Part shown: positions 40,600 through 54,440 of the stretch, in pieces
Layout: the number at the start of each line of letters is the position of its first letter
Numbering within the stretch: position 1 is the stretch's first letter
Translations under genes and position numbers: made by a program
The notes under the pieces: generated by a model
Told to the model about the DNA's origin: nothing
Seen by the model: the letters and a program-made list of their open reading frames with translations, nothing else
Databases searched by the model: none
NCBI GenBank assembly: GCA_011109175.1
Contig: RDEW01000032.1
Span: forward strand, 671,909-735,908
DNA: 64,000 nucleotides
Source of the DNA: Dicyema japonicum
Taxonomy: Eukaryota > Animalia > Dicyemida
Direction of reading: 5' to 3'

Positions 40600-43500
40600 C
40601 AAAGTAAATAGATTTGTGGATTTAAAACTCATACAGATACCTAGAAAACTCCTAAAATATGAACTGACTACACGTCTGATGACAAGACCAATACAGGATA
40701 CCCGTTTACCCCTTGTAGATCTTAAATCACTGAGGATATTTCTTTTTTAACCTAGTGATCCTGTGGCGATTAAATATCCTGTTCGAATCCGCCATAAGTA
40801 ATCCTGGGTCACTGAACTCTCCATAAGTAATGAGCCCTCACCTAAGTCATTGTAAATTCTTGCATTAATTATTTGATCATTGCTTCGATCACCCTTGAAA
40901 TGAAGCTAATTATTCATTAGCTTTGAAGATATTAGCATAAAGAATGACTGACTATTTTTATCTTCAAGTCACGTGGTTTACTTATTGTGGTCCAGTGTCA
41001 ATTTGACAAGAAGAGGAGACATTTGACTACCTCAATGGTTATTTGGATGGGGCGACATGTAATATTTTCGCTCTCTCCTTGTTGCTTCTGTCTGACAATG
41101 CGGAACCAAGTCCGGTTAAGATTTAACCATATTTTTTGTCGATGGATAGACTCCTAACGCCTACATTCTTCCTCAGAGGTTGCATCCGACTATTTGTACT
41201 CCTATTCAAGACATTCTATATGGACTCATTTCTGTCACAATCAACCTACAGCTGTAGTGATTGCATCTTATCTGCTCTAACTCTTAACAGTCCTGAATTT
41301 CATATCAGGACCCCTATCCGAAGAAGTGACACTGCNGCTCTCTCCTTGTTGCTTCTGTCTGACAATGCGGAACCAAGCCCGGTTAAGATTTAACCATATT
41401 TTTTGTCGATGGATACACTCCTAACGCCTACATTCTTCCTCAGAGGTTGTATCCGACTATTTGTACTCCTATTCAAGACGTTCTATATGGACTCATTTCT
41501 GTCACAATCAACCTACAGCTGTAGTGATTGCATCTTATCTGCTCTAACTCTTAACAGTCCTGAATTTCATATCAGGACCCCTATCCGAAGAAGTGACACT
41601 GCCACCTCTCCGTCACTGTGTTCACTATGCACATCTCATGGAGTATCCATTTCTCAAGTAATTACATCCCGGTTGTGGGAATGTTCCATCCACGTGACAG
41701 GAAAGGTTTTATCCTCAACAATGGATAAACTTCACTTATCATCTTAAGACCCGAAACTTCCCCAAGGTGAACCCCTTGCACCGAACAAGAGTTACTTTTC
41801 AAGCGCACCCCTCATAATCTGGTGGTATTGTGGACTTTAATTCGAGTCCACATGCATATTCAATGACATATCCCAGAGATCTATCGAGAAGATCGCTACA
41901 GTATTCACACAAATATTAGACCTTCCTGTCTGACATTCATCCTTTGTGATTGTATTCGCGTTGCAACCATATTATATGCCAGAAAACCCTCCCTCACCAG
42001 GGAATCCTTTAAAGGAAGACAGAGATTAGATGTGGGACTTACATCCTCCTTGTGTTCTCTTAATTCAAGAATCTCCCAGTTAATTTCGAAGCCATAAGCA
42101 TATATGGGGTCGTCTGATTGGGTGACTTCACCATAAGCACCCCTGCGGAGTCTTCTGGAAGACGTTGAAAAGATTAAAGCATCTGATGAACTGGAAGGAC
42201 TGAATAGTCCTATCCCCATAATACTTTATCACTCTGCCATTATGTGGACAAGTCCACTGCTTCATCACGTGTCACATGCACCTGTGATCCTTACGGTGTC
42301 CGTTATACACCGTAACCACCACGGACGAGGGTCGTGTTAACCGTTTTATATAACTTCCTCTGTTTGCGTTCCAACATGGGAGTCTCAAGATCTGTTTCCC
42401 AGTTCATCACGGATGGCTTCAATTAGAAAGCTCACTGCGGACGATCCTCGTATCACTCGACATACAGAATGTCTCCGACTCTGGTTCGAGGTCACTTCTG
42501 ATACAAGAGATCTTCACATCAAATGTACCTTAAACGTAAATATGTGATTGGATAATTTTCTTCAGGGCTCACGTGGAAAAGCTAGCTTTAGTAAAACAAA
42601 TTAAAGATCACATTTACTTCCTAACGGGGTCCCTCTGTCTTCAGTTCTATTTGATTTGTTTCTAAACAATAGGACCACGATACTTATTATCCTACACGGA
42701 CGTTGGGGGATAACTTTCTATGCCTGCCGTGGTGGTACAATCACGACCTTACCAAATGTATGACCGACTATCCACCAATATTAGTATCCAAATTTCAGTT
42801 CACTAGCTGGGGGATTAATTCTTCGTGGGGTTCTTTAAATAAGTGGTCTTGGGGTAGCTTAAAAAATAAAAAACTCCTCACATTTAAGACTTCGCGGCTC
42901 AAGATGCTGAGAGAAAAATATCAGTTCATGATGGACAGAATCTTCCTTCAATAGATCCCTTCTGGATGTATATATGGATTCCTTTTCAGAAATCCGCGAT
43001 TACTTAGTTGTCCGAGGCCAATATCTCCGATGAGTTATGGCCTCGTTCTTGATTCTATCTTCCGTGTATTAACCAGGAATGCAACCTCCTTAAATAACCA
43101 TAGAAAGATCTAGAATCCCCAAGGTTTCAACAGAAATCCTTTCAAAGATGAATTTCTCCAAAATCACTTTCTAAAACAACATGAATGCGACAGAAGGACC
43201 TATGGCTGTAAGTGCTCTGTTTAAGTACGCTATGATCGACTCGGGTCTTAGCCATTCCCGTGGGCATAATTTCCCTAAAGTACATGCTGTTTAGATGCAT
43301 CGCTCCATTGAGAAGGAGGATGATGAGCGGGAAAAAAGATTAATTAGATTGAGTTCGACTTGTCTAAGACCTGAGATTCTGACTCGATATTCTTGACTAG
43401 TTCCCCATGACGTCCTCCTCCATCCAGCCCACCCTTGGTTACCAAACTGCTTGGTATTGCACTTGTCACCAGTAGAGCAGATTAGGTAATCAAATCAAAT

Positions 43501-44050
43501 CCTATGTTATATTCAAAACTCAACCTCCACAGCAGTCTCCTTCAATCCCCTATGACCGAAAGGGAGACGCGATGAAATCAGACATTTTCAGTGGTAATTC
43601 TTATACAGCAGGTTTGGGAAAGACTTCTTTGCTCTGCCATTGAGATCACAACAATAAAAGAGTCAAGTGAGGTTATGATTTCGATCTACGAGGTGAAAAA
43701 TGACCTGGATAGCCGCACTAACCATCACGCCTTCGACATTGTGGAGACCTCTGTGATAGAAAAAAACTCTCGGGGTCATAGATACTCCCAATTTCTCTTT
43801 TCGTTGACTTTAGCTTGCTATGGAGAGTATCAGGAAGCGATTAATAGGGATATCCGTTGGGTTCCCCCAGATTTTGCAAATTATTTCTTCCACCAATATG
43901 GTGACTGGAATATTTACCAACAAGTTGGATATAAACCACTGACGTGGCAGACATTGTGGTTATTTAGTTGGTCTTGCTTCTTTCATCAACCAATAGAGAA
44001 TAAAAAGATGGTCTCCATTTGCCTCAGTAAATACGCGAACCACCAACTTC
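40600..44050. mobile_element. Old LINE-derived debris on both strands
   Basis: NGVPLSSVL and YTD RT remnants near 42620-42700; no intact ORF; boundaries approximate. Confidence 0.4.
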
Positions 44051-44217
44051 GCTTCTCGTTAAAAAGAATCTGCAAAGAACGGGACCCCCAATTTTGTAGA
44101 GCAAATTAAGGTTTACAATTATAGTTACGTGTAAAGTAAAAATAAAATTAAAATAAAATTAAAAAATAAAATTGATTTAAATCTTAAATTAATTCTCTAT
44201 TAGGATTATTATTATTC

Positions 44218-44801
44218 ATGGTTTTGTTGTGCATTTTAATGTTTTAGGCAACCTCATCTAAAGGATACTACGAAGCAGTGAGAAAGACATTGAAGGCCGT
44301 CCTTTCTCTGCAGAACTTTGATTCCCAAGTGGTTGAGCGACACAACAAGCCAGAAATCGAGGACAGAAACTCAGAGGAGTTGTTGATGACTACACTGGTG
44401 ATTGCACGGAACGATAAAGAGCGGGTTCTTATAGAACCGTCCATAAATTCTGTGAGGATAAGTTTGAAGATCAGAAAAGTATGTGTTACATGTTAAATCT
44501 AGTCTGATGAGATCGAGGTGGTTCTGGCGGCCAAATACTCCCGATTCTACTGCTTGAGAGCGTTGTATTTTGAAATCTTGAGGAAGAAAGCGATAGAGGT
44601 TAGGGGAAGGTGATATCCTAGGACTACGACATCTCCTTCCTGATAACGGACAAGCACTGCCGAGAAATGAACGTGAATGAGATTATTAACTTCATTATCT
44701 TATTTATGGAGGAGGTGGATAAGGAGTTGAGCGAACTTAAACTGAGTGTGGCTACGAGAGCACGTGCTTCGGCTGAGGAGTTGGCTAAGAGACTATTCTA
44801 G
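44218..44801 (+). CDS. ARPC4: Arp2/3 complex subunit 4
   Basis: ATG-only first coding exon, intron 44221-44247; [62 protein letters not shown]. Confidence 0.96.
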
Positions 44802-46675
44802 GATTATTAATATTGTCAGACAGTAATATGATTTACCTAATAATTGAAATAAGGACAGTTTGTGTTATATTAGTGGTAGCCTCTGTAGGATGTGGTGAGA
44901 TTGTAACACGTGGATAAGTGAAGGCTTACATGGGGTGTTTAATCGGATGTTATGGTGGCTGAGGATTTAGGGTGGGATTGTTACGGGTAAGCTGGAATTG
45001 GATGCACACTTGTTGGTAATGTTAGGGGTATTGGCTGTGTCGGGATTGTGACACGTGGGTAATTGAGGTTTGTGTGGTGGTCTTGTAGCTGTAAATTTGA
45101 GTTGTTTATTATAAGCACAGTAATCTGCTGATTAAGTAGCATTTAATAATAATCTGAATTACAGCGGTAGTTGTTAAGAATGACAGCCACAGAAGGTTAC
45201 CCCCCACCCCGATACATTGCAACAGTTCTACCTAACCTTCAGCTTTCTCAACGAATCGTGATGGGTCTTAGGTTTCTGCCAAGAATGATGTCTCTTTTTT
45301 CGAGCTCTTTGAGATATTCGCCCCCTGAGAAGACATCTACTCGTATAGATGAACGAAACAGCAAATTGGGGACAAATACGGAAAGGTCTGTGCTAAAGAA
45401 GCCTTCACCAATGTTCCGGTTGAATTAATACCAACTTAAAAATTGGAGGAACTCTGATAAGGATGGACGTAGGCATATGCTGTGTTTATGCACCTCTTTT
45501 TCTTATGATTTGTCTTAAAATTGGGATTAATTTTTATCAGGATTACTTCCAAGGATATGGTCTCTAGATTAGGCCAGTCTAAGGAAATTTAGCTGGTGTT
45601 CGGTCAGGTAATCGCGACGTTAACTATTTCTGCAACATTGAGATAGGGGTCCTGTTTTAGGAGTCATAATAAGATTTCGTTGTCGGAGTCGATCCATGGC
45701 GGACAAGATTAGTCGAATTGTTTGCTTAGAAACTCCAACAAATGGATAGGGGATTCAAGGAAATGTAAAAAAAACTTTGGTATTCCAATTTTAATTCGAC
45801 TCCTTGAAGTTACCAGGTCCGTTTGAGGTGTGAATGCCACAGGCAGATCAAAGGTATCTCCGATAATTGAAGGATTGTCTTGGATGAAATCGAGGAGCAA
45901 TTCAAGTTGACCTCTGCCGTTATCCTCGTTAACATCGTCACGTGTTAGACCTTTAGGGAGTTCTTTGATAACTAAAAAGTCAGGGGGGTTCCTGTCCTCA
46001 TCGGATATTTGATGTCTCGTTGCAATATAAAGTCGCCTTCGATTCCATCGATGTTTAGTCGTATTATTAGCTACTCCGTCGAGGAGTAGTAATTTTTGTA
46101 TACTAAATCTACTTTAGGCAGAAAACTATGTTCTTGACTTGTCGTTCTTCTCTATTTGGTTGTATGATTCCTATAAGACAATCCGGTTTCGCAGTGATGA
46201 ATCACTGATGACGGCGTAATCGTCAATCCAGAAGCAACGTAGATGTGTGGAACCTTCAATTACTTGTGATGTTAGTCGTATTGTCTCTATAAATTTCTTT
46301 GATGTCTATGGAAATGATTATGGAGTCGTTAGTAATTTCCCATTATCTTTCCAATTTGATGAATAAACCAACGAGAATTAAAAGAGAGGTCTTGTCATAT
46401 TAAAGGAATGGTAATGAATACATCATGACGAACGACTACCTTCTTAATTAATGGCAAACTCAATAAAAATAAAGGGTTATGGCTAAGACAAAAGATAGGA
46501 ATAGCCATACTCAGAGGGAACTCGTTCGCAATCCACGCAGCAGGCTTCCTCAACTGACATTTGTTTAATTGTTAAAAAAAATTTTTGTTTAAAAAAAAAT
46601 AAAATAAAAATAAATATAAATATAAAATTTTATGAAAATAATAAAAATACAATTTAAATAAATTCAAATATTAAT

Positions 46676-46681
46676 CACGTG
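46676..46681. promoter_or_regulatory. E-box CACGTG just upstream of the DIMT1 ATG
   Basis: TCACGTGT at the end of a nearly pure A/T tract. Confidence 0.4.
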
Positions 46682-46692
46682 TGTTAGTAATA

Positions 46693-47764
<1,072 letters not shown>

Positions 47765-48849
47765 ACATACTTTTAACAGTTATATTTATACCATTTGTGT
47801 GTCTTTTTAATCATGTCGTGGGAGATGTTCGACCTGAAAATATATATGTATTACTAGAACTTCCAAAAAAACTAGAGCTCCTGTCACAAGAGCGCATGAT
47901 CAACTGCAATACAGGAGGGTAAATGACCGAATATCAGTGACTACCGGGTGGAACTACCAAAACTCTTTATTACAAATATACACCCCCTGCAAAGATTTAT
48001 AGAAACATCGAAGAGTTGGGGGAATTTTGCGATGCCCTCATCCGTGAAAGAGTGTCCTCATCTACTGCATTGTTCGTCAATGGAGACTGGAATGTGGAAA
48101 CGAACAGGGTACATGCTAGACACATTGACTCTAATGGAGGGGGGAATTTTCCAGTAGAGATGACACAATAAAGTACCCATGGAGACATAAAGAAGAGATC
48201 AGCACGTGGAATTGATAAGTATATACAATCAGAATGATTATGCGTTTTGTAGAGAGGCAAGAAGCGATTACTTATCGACTCAAGATTGAATAATGTCCAC
48301 TAGACTTTCTCCGATCATAGACTAGTTGTCTCCCTTTTTAACGTGAAGGGAGGATAAGAGCGATTCCATATGAAAGAACCGTCTTCGAGAAGTTAGTATA
48401 CCAACTGCATTTAAAACGAACCCCCCGAAGATATACACCCACCATCCTTGATGAAAAAAACAGTGAATATTCTACAGAATATTGCAATTAGCGTTGTCGG
48501 AAGCCTCCCACTGAGTAGAATATAACCAAGAATCGAGACACTGTTAATTCATCAGAAGTTATGCTTAAAGCGGGAAACGTTGTCACTTGGAGAAATTAAA
48601 GCCAACCCAGGCAGATTCTTGTTCACTTGGAGAAATTAAATAAACTACAAGTCAGGGGAAGAAAGAAAATCAAAGAATTGGTAGATGAAATCAACAAAAT
48701 AGAACACTGTGATGTAGAGGGTAGCACGCTAGCCAACAAAACAATCCTCAATTACTCATAATTATCGACCCAGGAGAGAATAGTTATGAACAACACTGAG
48801 AAACTGAACAGTGTGTCACAACAAAAGGACTACTATACATAATTCTAAG

Positions 48850-49496
48850 CATCCACGTGGGATCAAAGGCCAAAACCCGATAAAAGTGGGGGTAAACACA
48901 TTTGCATTGTCCAAACTCAATACAGGAAATCATACTCCCATTATCCATATTAGGACTATTCAGTGAACTGGTTTTACTGGATAAATGATGTTCCGACAGA
49001 ATCAAGAAAGAGGTTAATGAATTCTTTTTGCTGAAAGGTCGATGCTGTCTGACCACATAGGTGGTGCATTGCACATAAGTAATAAACTTGGATTTAGACT
49101 CCTCAATAACCAAAACTGTCCTTGAGACTCTACTATGTCTATTCTCGGACTAGTTACTGAATATGAATGCTTGAAAAACCGAAATCACCTAAATGCAAAG
49201 GGAAGTCACCAAACAGGCGAGTCCCGAGGGAAACTAGAAATTAGGTTCTCTACTTGAGAAATACAAAGAAAACATGGAGACAATTGTTCCGACAAAGTAA
49301 AATTTTACAGTCTGACAACGGACTGAATTCAAAAATGGAACAACTCTGCCGAGAATTCAAGATCCAAAAAATGCATGGTCTGTCATCCTCAATCACAAGG
49401 AATTGTAGAAAGATTCAATCAGACTCGACAAGAACTATTTCGAGGATGTTGGATTGCAAAGAGAAAAGTGTGTGAATATTGCCGACAAATCCGTTT
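48850..49496 (+). mobile_element. Retroviral-type integrase relic (Gypsy/Ginger-like), continuing at 52851-52890
   Basis: KILQSDNG, HPQSQGIVERFNQT; after removing the CRE insert the frame reads SVYNYNLTIHS. Confidence 0.75.
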
Positions 49497-52400
49497 CTTA
49501 AGTTTAAAATAATAAATTTAAACGATAGAAGTCAGGTAGTTGCCGCCCTCACTGCGTGGCTGTTCCCTCTCAAAATTGCGAGCGAAATTCGCTCAAATAG
49601 CCAGCGGCGTTCACGGAGATCTCCAGTGCATGAGGTGATCCGGTTTCCAAGACGTCCGAAAAACTCGAGTGTAGAGGGGGAGTAGGATCCGGAAGTCTCC
49701 ATAGCAAGGGGAACAAATTTGACATCATCGGGAAGGTCGACGTATTTAACGAGTTTGGCCTTCTCCGCCTTTACGGATGCTGAACAGGCCCTTGTAGCAC
49801 TCTCGTGAAGATTTTTCTGGGCGAACGTGTCTGTACATGTCACATCCCAAACCAGTGGTTTCCCGGCCTCAAATGGAAATATGGTCATCCCGTCCGGTCG
49901 TTTCCCGTCACTTCTGCATAACCCGACCGGTTCAAGAATGGCCGAGTATCCAGCAGCATCCATAGCTCGCCTGACAATTTCATTCAGAGCCTTGTGCCTT
50001 GGGGATCTGCCAGCGCTCCTCCTGCAGGCGAGAGGGTGCAGGCCATAGCAGTCTATCAGGATGCCACATCGGCACGGGTGAGGTACACATACTTTTAGTC
50101 CCAGCCGCAGAGAGATACCAGTTCTAACGCATTCATCATCCAGAAAAGTGCCCAAAGCTCCATTGGGGATGGCGTTTAGCCAAGCTCCGCTCTCAGGGGA
50201 AGCCCCCGAAAGCAAACAAGCGCGTCGGTGCTGATTGGCAGATTCCAGTAGGAGTCCAAATGATTTCCAGCATAATAAGTTGTCCAGGTTTCGCTGGCGA
50301 TCTTGGGAAGGAGGCAGGGGGAGGTTGGTGGCATTCCAGGCTTCTCGTGCGTGGATTATCTCTTGGTCAGTTGAGAATTCGGGTGGGGAGTGTAGAATCC
50401 TCCTGACCAAAGGTTCGCAGGCCGTGAGTGATGATAAATGAGCGGGAAGTGAGACGTCCAAAGTTCGACGGATTCCAAGACCCCCGAATCTAACTGGGAG
50501 TGTAGCCTGCATCCATGTATCATCGTCGAATCGGACATTAAATATTTGCTCCGTCGAGCTGAGGAGAGACAAATCAAAATTCTCGAGCAGCTCCAGTTGA
50601 GAATAATATGGAGCTGTCCTTAGTAGATAGGAGATTCTCTGGATGTTGAGACTTCTTTTCAATAGGAATAGTGCTGTGTGCAAGTCCAGCAGCTGTAATC
50701 TTTCCAGCGAATCGCATAGGAGTCGTTTTTTGTCAAGGAGGACATGCTTCATCGCATTACTAGTGATCGGGGATCCAAGAAAAATCAATTCATTTTCAGG
50801 GGTCGAAATCCCACCGGGAAACAAGGAGTAAAATTTTTGAACAATTGAAGAGAAGTCATCGTCAGCAAGACCACAGTTTGTTATTTCACATTTCGTTATA
50901 TTCAACTGAAGACCCACCTCGGACAGCGCGGGGGTGAGTACTTCTAAGTCCTGGAAGACCGTTTCCGGGGGACCTCCTAAGACAGCGTCATCGAGGTACC
51001 AGATGTTGAGTGGGCATCTAGAGAGCTTCGTGATCCTCTCAATGCCGAGGGAGAACAGCAGTGGTCCGAGGGGGTCGCCCTGTTGAACACCTGAGGACGA
51101 TGGAACTATGAAATCCCCGTGCAATAGTGATGAAGGTTTTCCGTATGAATAATTGACCAGTTCAAATATGTACGGACATCTTTCCTTGCAGGTTTCCAGA
51201 ATGCAGTCTCTTCTTAAGCTGTTAAAAGCGTTCTTGATGTCNNNNNNNNNNNNNNNNNNNNNNNNNNNNNNNNNNNNNNNNNNNNNNNNNNNNNNNNNNN
51301 NNNNNNNNNNNNNNNNNNNNNNNNNNNNNNNNNNNNNNNNNAGTGATGAAGGTTTTCCGTATGAATAATTGACCAGTTCAAATATGTACGGACATCTTTC
51401 CTTGCAGGCCTCCAGAATGCAGTCTCTTCTTAAGCTGTTAAAAGCGTTCTTGATGTCCAGTTTTACCATAATGTGCCTTTTAAAGTCTTGAATGCTGCTG
51501 TTCCTGAATCTTCTGACGGAGTGAACGGCTGCCTCACATCCAAGACGAACTCCGACTCCAACTTGACTGGGAAGTAAGGATTTTGACAAGATTGACGTAG
51601 AAAATCTGGAAGCAATCTTGGCTGCTAGTCTTCTGAAAGTGAATCCGACCGCGATCGGGCGGATTCCACCTCCCTTCTTGTCGACGGCAATCAGACTAGC
51701 CGAAAACAAGATATGACGTATCAAATCAGGCAAATGTCCAGATAATATCCTGTTCATAAGAGAAGTGAGTGAGTATGAAAGACGACTTGCTTGGTCTCCA
51801 ATAGTCGGTGAAATAAGGTCTTTAAGATGGCCGGGCCTTAAGCCATCGAGACCTCCACAGCTACTTGGTGCAAAGTTCCATAACGCCGTGATGACATCCT
51901 CAGGCGACGTGGTCAAAGGGGTCACTTCTGATGGGGGCGAGCAATGGCGTAGGTCATTCGGAGAGGGTGGATGTTTCCCCAATAGAGTCTTGTAAGTATC
52001 AATGGTTGGATTGCGTGGTCCATCTGAGAGTGAGAGGGCCTTCAATGCGGATCGGGTTCCTCCTTCAAGCAACTTCGATCGTACGGTCTTCTTAGGCGAA
52101 AAATCTCCGTTTCCCGAGTTGAACTCCGAGTCTCAGTTGAACGGATGCAGAAGGACGTGAGGTCCGTAAAGTGAGTTCCATCCATAAATCGCGGATGTTG
52201 TTCATCTCAATCGAGAGAGACTCTTTCCCATTGCGATCTCTGAAGAGCCAAGAGCGAAAGGAGCAAAATTAAACAAACGTATCCAGTCGTTTATAGAGTC
52301 GGAGCGGAGTGCATCGACGATTGCTTTGGTTAAAACTTCGGCAGCTGAGGGGCGGGCTGCTTTAGGGATCTTCACCGGGATACTCCTTGATGACCGGCGT

Positions 52401-52842
52401 TCATTGATAATTTTGAGCAGCGAATCTGGATCCAAATGGAAATGGTCTTCCCCGGAGGTACATGCACTCGCGTGACCATTAGGAGACCCCGAACCAATTC
52501 CAAGGCACGGGCGGCAGTGCCATACCCCAAGAGCACGGATAGAGGCCTGAGAGAGCTTCAAACACCCAAGGTGAAAGAAGACTCCACAGGCAGAACAAGA
52601 AATTCCAAACTTTCTCAAATTGCTCATGTTGCAGGCAGAGCAATTAGACGATGACTTTTCGAGTAACATTCCACTGAATCAACAATAGGCGAAAATCAAG
52701 AATAGGAGAATAATCTCAATAGGCGAAAATAGTCAATAAGAGAAAGTCAAAAATAGGAAAATAATCACAATAGGCGAAAAACAACAACACAACACACAAC
52801 GACAACACGTTTAATTGTCGCGTCTATACCCCAAGAGCACGG
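49497..52842 (-). mobile_element. Near full-length CRE-like non-LTR retrotransposon (PHD finger, RT, Zn knuckle, RLE endonuclease)
   Basis: 8-bp TSD ATCCGTTT (49489-49496, 52843-52850); GGIRPIA, GVQQGDPLGP, YLDD, GGLG, CRCG..HPLAC, RH, RPD, WDVTC, KLVKY; frameshift between the PHD ORF and the RT ORF; 100-N gap with overlap. Confidence 0.93.
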
Positions 52843-52891
52843 ATCCGTTTATAATTACAATTTAACCATTCATTCGTGCTCCAATGAAACT

Positions 52892-53143
52892 GTCATACAA
52901 GCCCATCCAGAACCAGCATAAGGCGGAAGACGTCCATTTCTTTCAGTCGTGAGAACCCTTCCATTGGAGTGGGGAGAGAAAATGATCCTTTTACACGCCA
53001 CCCTAGCACTGGGCGCCACTTGATACGGGTGGATCACATTACACCACTCTATTGGAAAAGGGGAAAGAAGGAACATAAGAAACAAACAAAAATCTTTAAT
53101 CAAGTAGCCACACGGTACCACACTTACGTTGGCACCACGTGTC
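52892..53143 (-). mobile_element. SINE-like retroposon copy 3 (leader plus core, 3' tail lost)
   Basis: Aligns with copy 2 across leader and core. Confidence 0.78.
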
Positions 53144-54101
53144 TCTCAACGAAGTTATTAAATTACGCCATTATATGGAAGCTCATTACGAATGGAAGCT
53201 TAATGGAAGAACGGGAGTTCGTAGCTGTAAACATTATGCTCAAATGGGAGATCATGCTTATTATTCTCTTTAAGTTAAAAAAAGACTGCGGCACAAATCC
53301 AGCACGTGTTAATTATACTTGTTGGTTTAAGATATTTGTTAGAAGTGTGCAGACATTCTCGTCGGAAACTTCCAGTGTTCGTATACGTTGGCCAATGAAA
53401 GTTACGAAGGCATTTGTTGAAGCAAATATTCCTACATACAAGATGAGGTACCCTCCCTTGTTACGTCTATTTGAAGAGGAAGCTTACCCATTACCATCTG
53501 AAACAACAGCCAGGCGTTGGCCACTTTAGGTTTCTCATTAACCATTGTAATGGTGGACAATATACAGTAAACTCTCTCATATTTGCCGTTTAAGTCTCTG
53601 CAAAGGTTATTTAAGTCCTCTGATTGAAAGATCCCAGAATAAACGGAGAAATCGGTAAGAATACGAATAAGACAGTGCAATAGAGGTGTCGTCACCATCT
53701 CAACCAATATTTAATTTTATCTATTTATTGTGACCGGTTCAGAATGAGATACGGTTGAATACGAGCCGTTAAATATCGATCTTCAATGTACCGATTTAAA
53801 AAGCCAATCAAACAAAATGGCGATCTCCCAGATAAGGTTTTGAGTTTTTTACAAACCGACCTCCTCCCAGATAACAGATAACGTGATTTATTCGCAAAAC
53901 CCCAACTAACTAAACAAGGTAAGAGCCATTAACTAAAGAGGAAAGCCAAGATTTGGGGTCGTCTATATCGGGGCACTCTCATGAGACACCGTATGTCTCT
54001 TCTCCGTAAAAAGCCCCAATTACAATGCGAGTTTCCACCAGCAATGTAATAAATCACCAATTCTTCTCGTTTTTCTTTCGTATTCGTCATCAATTTCAGA
54101 T

Positions 54102-54440
54102 TTATTTATTTATTAACCCCGGATACACCGAGAAAGAAGTTAAAGTAAACAACTAATTAAGCGTATCCAGTTTCCACTTCTACAGAAACAGAGTCCATCC
54201 GGAATCAGCATAAAGGGTAAGACGTCCATTACATGCAGTTGTGGAAACCCCTCCAGTGGAGTGGGGAAAAGCAAATGATCCTTTTTCGTGCCGGCCTGGC
54301 GCTGGGCGTCACCTAGACAGGTGGATCACATGACGCCACTCTATTAGGAAGAGATTGGAGGAACAGACAAGCAAACAGAAAAATTAAACCAATTAACCAC
54401 GCAGCACCACATGGCGCCACGCGGCAAAATCTTATTCGAT
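54102..54440 (-). mobile_element. SINE-like retroposon copy 2, full length (about 340 nt)
   Basis: 12-bp TSD TCAATTTCAGAT (54090-54101, 54441-54452); (TAAA)n tail; inserted in an endonuclease relic (GDMDAKH, 54453-54625). Confidence 0.88.

Noticed and set aside
43591-44109. 172-aa plus-strand ORF as a host gene
   Set aside because: Non-ATG start, no recognisable domain and no micro-introns; probably a shadow frame over retroelement debris.
51126-51457. Duplicated RT segment in the 846-aa ORF
   Set aside because: It flanks a 100-N placeholder gap; the true protein is shorter.
52969-53529. 186-aa plus-strand ORF
   Set aside because: It starts inside the antisense strand of SINE copy 3 and has no motif.
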